Shown here one piece after another: positions 55,555-64,000 of a DNA stretch of 64,000 nucleotides; position 1 is the first letter of the stretch, and every line of letters begins with the position of its first letter. Below the pieces are notes generated by a model, which did not search any database, was not told where the DNA came from, and saw only the letters and a list, made by a program, of their open reading frames with translations. Source of the stretch: Octopus vulgaris (Eukaryota); NCBI GenBank assembly GCA_951406725.2, contig OX597822.1, forward strand, positions 80,848,001 through 80,912,000. Reading direction: 5' to 3'. The translations under genes and the position numbers were made by a program.

Positions 55555-56564
55555 CTGTGCTTCCGAACTATTTTTGACTATGACCCCTTTTGTTTCCTAT
55601 TTTACTCTAGTGGACCCTCATAGCCTCACACTGTTTAAAAGTTCCTAATATATTTCTATAATCGAATATTATTACAAAATGTATCGAAAAAATATTTAAA
55701 ATGTAGAAACAAACTCAATTTCGTTTTTGGGATTTGGTTTCCAAAATTATGTGAGTTCATGTGTTGAAGCATATTCTGTTGCGTTTGGGAAGAGTCCTCT
55801 TTCAGTACCTTTAGCGCATCGGGCAAAAATGTCTTGTGGAAACGAAAAGAAAAAAAAATCCCGCCCAGGCGCGAGCGGAAAGCGAGCGTTCGATTGTGAG
55901 AGGACGAACGAACGGATCGGCGGCGTTTGCCGGCGGACGAGCGAGCAAAGCTGCCGGAGCGCACGACGACAGCGATGGCGAGGGCGCTCGTTTAAAGGTG
56001 GGCGGGGTGGCGGTGGAGAATCGGGGTAGTCTTTGCTACGTTAATAATAGTGAACTGTAGCACTTGGAGCAATCATGAGAACTCTAGCTACATACTGTTC
56101 ATAAGTAATGAAGTAAGATGCAATGGTGTTTTCTTATGGGGAATGTTAATTATAATAATTTTAAATGAATTGAATAGATATATAAGCAATCTTGTAATTT
56201 GCTGATGTAAAATCCTGTTGAATTTTAAAACTTGAAAGAATTGTACATTTTAGGCTGGTGGTGAATAAACTGACTCCTAAACACTTGTTTTTATTATGCT
56301 CATGTAAGTAATTTGTATTTGAAAAATAATTAAATATTGCAGCTATGAAAAATTTACAATTTTATCTCATTTTATTTTTAACAGTTTGGCCCTCAAATGC
56401 AGAGCTTTTATAATTCACTGGTGAGTGTGTTAAATAATAATGCACTAAAAGAGAACGATTCTTCTCGGACACAACAGCATAATCAATTTATAGCACTTGA
56501 AATTTAACGGCAAAGTTTTATATGGGTGTCCGAGGTTCGTCTGGTCCCGGGTTGAGAACCACTA
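55555..56564. mobile_element. probable non-autonomous hAT element with GC-rich internal segment
   Basis: right end GTTGAGAACCACTA, degenerate left end CTGTGCTTCCGAAC; subterminal GGACC/GGTCC. Confidence 0.5.
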
Positions 56565-56717
56565 GCTATACATTCAGTTGAACTAAAGACTGAAACTATT
56601 ACCACTGCCTACTTAACAAGACTTTTAAAGTACTACAGCCTACACCACTACAATAACATTCTAGCTGCACAACTATTACTTCATCCACAACATTACTAGA
56701 AAAATAAAATAAAATGT

Positions 56718-56963
56718 TTCCTCCTCGAGCCATGCCCGGCTCATAATGGCCGCTTTCCCGGTTTCAATGGCGTGTAATGTTTCCCACCTAGATGCGACGT
56801 TGGCCTGTCGCACGATTACACATTTTCGCCAGCTGAGTGCACTGGAGTAACCTGAAATGAATTATCTTGCTCCAGAACACAACGCATCACCAGGCCCGGG
56901 AATCGAAATCACAATCTTACGATCACGAGTCCAACAACCTTAACCACTAAGCCACGCGCCTCC
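56718..56963 (-). mobile_element. SINE family D
   Basis: head GGAGGCGCGTGGCTTAGTGGTTAAGG..TTTCGATTCCC; CAGCTGAGTG core. Confidence 0.82.
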
Positions 56964-56967
56964 ACCA

Positions 56968-57107
56968 ATATTCCTTTCTACTCTAGGCACAAGGCCCGAA
57001 ATTTTGGGGGAGGAGACCAGTCGATTAGATCGACCAAAGTACGCAACTGGTACTTAATTTATTGACCCCGAAAGGATGAAAGGCAAAGTCGACCTCGGCA
57101 GAATTGG
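56968..57107 (-). mobile_element. SINE family A, 5'-truncated
   Basis: CCCCGAAAGGATGAAAGGCAAAGTCGACCTCGG. Confidence 0.85.
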
Positions 57108-57967
57108 AGCGTCTGCACCAATATTACTGTAACTGAATACAATTCAACTGAGAGCAAACCCCCTTTTGGGTATTGTAACTCTGTTTAGAAAATATATATT
57201 TCTCCCACAGCAGCACAGCATGTACCTCGACCATCTTCAGCTCCCTCCAACTAATACACAACTATTATTGTCTACATCCCCACCGTACCATTAAACCCTC
57301 TACTGCTATCGTGGTATTACAGCTTGCATCGTGACCACTACCATCGACATCAATAAACACTAAGAACCCATTCCACCTCCAACGCAACCATCACTACTAA
57401 CTATAACGTCGCTCTCGTGACTCACACAAGAACAGAAAAACCTACTGCACGGCTTACGTTCATGTGTATATATACATGTGTGTATGTGTACGTGTCAGTA
57501 CATAGGTATACACGTACATGCATATATGCATACATATACACGTATATGTATATATACAATCACACACACAGACACACACACGCAAGCATACACACATATA
57601 TAACTTTATATAGCAACGTTCGTTGTATTATATATCCTTTATGTATATGTATGCGTGTGTTCTGTGTGTGTGTGGGAGTGCCTCTGAGTGTGTGTATGTG
57701 TGTGTTACTTTTATATGGTAGCTTTGGATGTATTATATATTGGTTACGTACAGTTCAGGTCGTCTTACATCACATGTGAAACATTCCTTCGAGAAACTTC
57801 TTACATAGCCAACTTAATTTCTATGTAAGCGTCAATCGATGTCTTTGAAATAGCAAGAAAATGTTTTCTTTTGAGATATCAAGGGTAATTTACCAATATT
57901 CCTACACATTTCTGTTTCGGCCTTTGCTCTTATCCCCCTCCTTCTCTAAGACATTCTCTTTCCTTCA

Positions 57968-58008
<41 letters not shown>

Positions 58009-58130
58009 ACTCTCACTCTCTATTTCAATTTCTCGAAAACATTCTCTTTGTCTCCCCACTAAATCTCCACTCAATCTTGTTCTACTACTCTTACTACTAC
58101 TACTACCACTACTACTACAACAACAACAAG

Positions 58131-58179
<49 letters not shown>

Positions 58180-58180
<1 letters not shown>

Positions 58181-58372
58181 TAGCAGAATCGTTAGCGCGT
58201 CGGGCAAAAATGTCTTTTGGCATTTCTTTCGCCTTTTCGCTCTGAGTCCAAATTCCGCCGAGGTTGACTTTGCCATTCATCCTTTCGTGGGCGATAAAAT
58301 AATTACTTCCTACTGAGGTCGATGTAATCGACTTGCCCCCTCCCACAACATTTCAGGCCTTGTGCCTTTGGT
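58180..58372 (+). mobile_element. SINE family A, diverged, followed by (ATT)n
   Basis: GCAGAATCGTTAGC..CAAATTCCGCCGAGG..TTCATCCTTTCG. Confidence 0.8.
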
Positions 58373-58373
58373 A

Positions 58374-58459
<86 letters not shown>

Positions 58460-58476
58460 CGCTACTGTTGTTATTG

Positions 58477-58545
<69 letters not shown>

Positions 58546-59228
58546 TGTTTGACTTTTGATTTGTATAAGTTGACTCCAAGTCTTACCCAGAGAACTCAAG
58601 AGACAACAAGATAGAAGTTCAAGTCGGTGTTATGCCATAGGTGTCATATATTTGGTTTTAGCACCATTTTAAGAGTACTGAACGCGTTTCTAATTTCTAT
58701 TACTGCAAACGTTCTATTTCAAATTCGCTTGCACATTAGAGAAAACTAACTCGAATTGCTTTACTTGAAATTTCTGCCATTTACAATCTGTTCGTAATAT
58801 TTCTTGTGGTCACCTTACATCAGTTGCGACATATCGAGATTGCCTCGGACTGTGAGCGTGTGACTCTCTACACCACGGCCATTAAGAGGTAGATTCTCAC
58901 CAGGGGCCAGTTAATGGGGTTAACCTGTTTCAGGCTAGTGTGTCGAGTCGGGAGTTTGAGCTTCCAAATTTGCGTGCAATGCTGGAGGTGATATTATCTA
59001 AGCACGGATAGTTAACATTGACGTTATTGGGTTTAAAGAACTTCTGGTATTTACCGGTTCATGGAAATGGTCGGATAATTATATATCATACATGTATGAA
59101 TCATATATATATATATATATATGTGTGTATGTGTATGTGTGTGTGTATGTATATATGCATGTATGTATGTAAGTATGTATGTATATATATATATATACAG
59201 ATATATATATATATACATATATATATGT

Positions 59229-59279
<51 letters not shown>

Positions 59280-60249
59280 TCTCTGTGTATGTGCGTGTAC
59301 ATGAGAATATTATTATAGCTGTAATCATGATGTAGTGAGTGTGGTAGCCAATGCAGAATGTAAACATGTTGATATCATATTTATTAACTGTTGAAAATTT
59401 CAAAAATCTTTAATCAAATTCCCCATTTCCGGTCTCCGAACGTTAGTTCAGAACAGAACAAAAGAACCAAAACATTTACGAGACATCATGCAGAAAAAAT
59501 ATTCAAAACTGATAACAAATTTTGATTGAATTCTGATACCGACACTGCAATTCGTATTGCCCTTGTTTATTATTTTGAAAACATCCTTACAGAAAAGATC
59601 GATACGGGGTTGGGATGATGTAGTTTAACAACAGCGGGTGAAAAAATATTAAATAATAAATGCGTACAGAACGGCTGCACTTGTACAAGGAAAAGGCCTT
59701 ATTTGTTATTAAAGTTACTAAATTAAGTATGCATGAGATTAAATTGCAAACAGAATATATTAAAAATGTATGTTGGTTTGATGGCGATAATTATAAAAAT
59801 ATGAGATTCAGACGAGATAATTCCGGTGAAAATATGTGCAGAAATTTTGTGAGTGGGGCTAAAAACCCGCGTAGAATAATGTAATTACATTAAATGTATC
59901 GAATTAAATATACATGCGAATAAATTCTTTAAAGTATATTGAAAAATATATTGCTGTAAGGGAATAAACGGTGTATTTGAATGTATGTAGGCATGCATAT
60001 TCGTCTAAGTATTGCTTCTTTTACCAGAGGTGAGAAAAATAGTAAAATAGATGTTAGGTGTAACATCACACAGAAAAGTGAAAATTGATTTCGGTATTAT
60101 TGATTAAAAAATCTTAAACCATTCCGAAATGTATTAGAAGCATGTTTACAAGAAAATAAATCAGTTCTATATTTAAGAGATGAGGAATTATGTATATTTT
60201 TTACATTATTTCCATTTGACGGATATTTGTTCTCGTCTTGTTTGTTGTT

Positions 60250-60295
60250 AACACGACATTTCGGCTGATATACCCTCCAGCCTTCATCAGGTATC
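60250..60295 (-). ncRNA. minimal type I hammerhead ribozyme
   Basis: GATAC-CTGATGA-A-GGCTG gagggtatat CAGCC-GAAA-TG-TC-GTGTT: canonical core, 5-bp stem II, GUC triplet. Confidence 0.75.
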
Positions 60296-60342
60296 TTGGG
60301 GAAATTTCGAACCTGGGTTCTCATTCCTAAGGTACTTTTCAA

Positions 60343-60450
<108 letters not shown>

Positions 60451-60633
60451 CATTATCATCATCATTATTATCATCATCATCATCATTATCATTATTATTA
60501 TTATTTTATTATTATTATTATTATCATTATTATTATTATTATTATTATTATCATCATCATCATCATTATTATTATTATTATTTTTATTATTATTATTGTT
60601 ATCATTATTATTATTATTATTATTATCATTATA

Positions 60634-60678
<45 letters not shown>

Positions 60679-60691
60679 ATTTTTATTATTA

Positions 60692-60739
<48 letters not shown>

Positions 60740-60858
60740 TGACTGCCTGGAATTGAACTCGGAATCTTTGGGTTATTAACCCTCGCTCTTAACCACTACG
60801 CCATATAATATCGAAGAAATACCTTAATGATGAAAACCCAGATTCGAAATTTTCCTCA

Positions 60859-60904
60859 GATACCCGATGAAGGCTGGAGTGTATATCAACCGAAACGTTG
60901 TGCT
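60859..60904 (+). ncRNA. diverged hammerhead copy in inverted tail
   Basis: GATAC-CCGATGA-A-GGCTG gagtgtatat CAACC-GAAA-CG-TT-GTGCT. Confidence 0.55.
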
Positions 60905-61272
60905 AACAACAAACAAGATGAGGACAAATATCCGTCAAATATAAATAATGTAAAGAAATAAATGTTTAAAGCTCAAATACTAACCTTGACAACAAAGGTA
61001 CGGCCAAAAACTTCCCTGTCGACAGAGACTGATGACAGATGCAAGGTTAGTGCATTGACTTCAAATGTATGTTGCGTTGTCTCTCTCGAAACCCAAATAT
61101 GTTCTGAAAAAGCTGTTGCAAGTGCAATTTCAGCGTTAGTAAACATATGTTAGTTTGGTAAATGATATTTTAAAACTCTACACATTTAGTTCCACGTAAG
61201 ATTTATTTTTAATATGTACACATGCGTACGTGCACACACGCAAATTCACACACATACACACATACACACACA

Positions 61273-61357
<85 letters not shown>

Positions 61358-61361
<4 letters not shown>

Positions 61362-61792
61362 GTGGTAAGGCTTTTGACTGGTTTCTGCGCCACTTTTGGG
61401 ATATCTTGGTTGGCTAACGTGAACACAACTCTTTGCGCTAATTTCCATTCCCACAGAGTGAGGGGCCCGGGGGTTTCTTAGATTTGAACTCATGGTGGAA
61501 GATGCAACTGCCTCCTCCAGATTTTAGAGGTCGCATCCGAAATCCTTCTCCAGTTCTACTGGAAATAACCATCTCATTGATGCGTCCAGGATAACGTCCA
61601 TAAACAATACAAACATTGTAAGGGAGATTACGCAGTCCATTGCATTGTCCACTTCGAAATTGGTCCAAGCGGTTGTGTAATCTTTGGTGGGGAATCGCAT
61701 ATAGAAAATCAGGTAAATACTTCAACATTTCTCGGATGTTCTCAGGGACATGATACACCTCAAGCGCTTGTTGAATAAATTTGTGTCCGACC
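61358..61792 (-). pseudogene. HERO/R2-like non-LTR reverse transcriptase fragment, decayed
   Basis: HKFIQQALEVYHVPENIREML / FYMRF..TTAWTNFEVDNAMDCVISLTMFVLFMDVI / MRPLK / EFKSKK / QDIPKVAQKPVKSL. Confidence 0.8.
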
Positions 61793-61824
61793 AAATGTAA
61801 GATTTATTTTTTAATACATACACA

Positions 61825-62170
61825 CGCAGGCGCAAGAAACTTGCTTACCAATCACATGTTTCCGAGTTGGACAAGTGTCTTCTACTATAGCCTCGGGCCG
61901 ACCAAAGCCTTGTGAGTAGATTTGGCAGATGGAAACTGAAAGCCCATCGTATATATATATACATATATATATGTATATTTGTTTGTCTCCCCCTACCATG
62001 GTTTGACAACTGATGTTGGTGTATTTACATCTACGTAACTTAACGGGTCGGCAAAGAAAACCGATAGAATAAGTACTAGGCTCACAAAGAATAAGTCTTA
62101 GGGTCGATTTGTACGACTAAAGGTGCTCCAGCATGGCCGCAGTCAAATGACTGAAACCAATAAAAAAGAA
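61825..62170 (+). mobile_element. SINE family B
   Basis: AAGTGTCTTCTACTATAGCCTCGGGCCGACCAAAGCC and 3' tail. Confidence 0.88.
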
Positions 62171-62193
62171 TGCGTATGTACACACATGCATAA

Positions 62194-62262
<69 letters not shown>

Positions 62263-62360
62263 TGCATGCATGTATGTATGTATGTATGTATGTATACCAT
62301 CCTTTGAGGCTTCTGCCACTCTCATACACAAATACACACACACACACACACAGACTAAGA

Positions 62361-62522
62361 GGCACAGGCGTGGGTGTGGTAAGAACTTCTCTTCCCAACC
62401 ACATAGTTCCGGATTCAGTCCCACTGCGTGACAACTTGTGCAGGTTTTGTACTATACCCTCGGGCTGACTAAAGCCTTGTGAGTGGATTCGATAAGCAAA
62501 AACTGAAAGAAGCCCGTCATGT

Positions 62523-62615
<93 letters not shown>

Positions 62616-62820
62616 CGTGTGTTTGTCTCTATGTTTGTCTCCCATCACCACTTAACCACCGGTATTGGGTGTTTAATTCACGTAACTTAACAGTTCGGCC
62701 AGAGACACCATAGAATAAATAAAGAAGAAAAGTCTTGGGGTGGATTTGTTCGGCTAAAATCTCTCAAGACGGTGCCCCAACATGGCCGCTGCCTAGTGAC
62801 TGAAATCAAAAGATAAAAGA
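62361..62820 (+). mobile_element. SINE family B, full length with internal (GT)n
   Basis: head GGCACAGGCGTGGGTGTGGTAAG; same body and tail. Confidence 0.88.
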
Positions 62821-64000
62821 TATATGCATAAATAGAGAATAGATGGGAATGTGAAAGAGGAAGAAACACTCCAAACTAAGTCGAGTATTGCTGTTTGATG
62901 CAAGATTACAATAAGGAGAAAAAAAGAGCTACTCGACTTGCAAGGTATTTTAATTAATATTCTACTTCTGTGTTAAATATGGCGTTTTGAAAACGCACAG
63001 GATATTTATGCGTGCACAACTTCTGTCAATAACCAACGCGAAGAACTTGTCTTGCGCTATCTGCACACGTCAATAAGACATTCTAAAGAAACTTCCAAAC
63101 AGTGTCACAGAGTCGTTATTGTGGACGAGTGCACAAATATCTTGTTACGCTTCATATGGGAAAAACAGTGAACCGGAAACTGACCCGTACGAAATCTATA
63201 ACTAAGAAATTCTGTTGTTCACATAGGCATAAATTGAACTAATATACGCATATGTATATACATACATATATATGTGTGCATGGGTGTGTGTATATGCGTG
63301 CGCACGTCTGTGTATATATATATATACGCGAATATATGTAATACCATATATATGTATGAGTGTGTATATATATATACATATATATATGTGTGTCTGTGTG
63401 TGCGTGTAGATAGATAGTGAGTGAGAGAGATAGATTCTTATATATGTCGTCACCTACACACTCACACACACACAAGTCACATTTAAAGACTATTTCAGCG
63501 TATTTTATCAACCGGTTTCACGCAGGAGGTTTAGAGGAAAATGATAAAAAATACCTGTGTCATAAGAAAGACTGTTATGAAAGTTTATCTGCTTCTGGAT
63601 GTATAAAAGTGCCAAATCCGATTTGTGATTTTTCTGAAAAAAAAACCCCCACCAAAAACCTAACGATAAATCCCAGTTATTACCCTTACACAAAGGTTCA
63701 GTGTGTATTAACTGTTCAAAGGGTAACTACCTCCAGAGTCATATTCAAGCTTTGATGGGAACCGCACTGGCTCGATGTTCGTGCAGAGGATTGCAGGAAA
63801 AAGACGATGGGCCGAGTGTACAATCACAAAATTAAGTGTGCTCATCTAGGTGTATATGTATGCATGTATTTGCGCTTTAGTATACAGTAGATAAATGGGG
63901 CAAACCTTGTACTGAACAATCAGATTGGTGAGAAGTACTGATGGTGGAAGCCATAACATTTATTATAAAGATGCAGTCCACAAGTTTACAAACACGTATT

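Overview
AT-rich, microsatellite-saturated eukaryotic (animal) genomic DNA. The mix of tRNA-derived SINE families, RTE and HERO LINE relics and (TA)n/(CA)n/(ATT)n tracts resembles an octopus (coleoid cephalopod) genome; this is inferred, not proven. No intact protein-coding gene is supported, and nearly all supplied ORFs are microsatellite artefacts. Recognisable content: four tRNA-headed SINE families (over 20 copies, some with clean TSDs), decayed RTE and HERO/R2-like retrotransposon ORFs, mariner and hAT relics, a ~1.95-kb tandem duplication, and three decayed paralogous copies of a transmembrane + death-domain-like segment (40.2-45.7 kb, minus strand). The most striking signal is a set of unrelated short non-coding elements, mostly inserted in microsatellites. 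They carry type I hammerhead-ribozyme (HHR) cores of the Penelope-like-element (PLE) kind, including U3-A8 covariant and long-loop-II variants, and are repeatedly flanked by an inverted copy of their own tail, giving fold-backs with 60-450 bp arms. One is a chimera of a tRNA-like Pol III head, an (AAT)n tract and an HHR tail: a candidate ribozyme-bearing, Penelope-mobilised SINE. All folds and alignments were done by eye.
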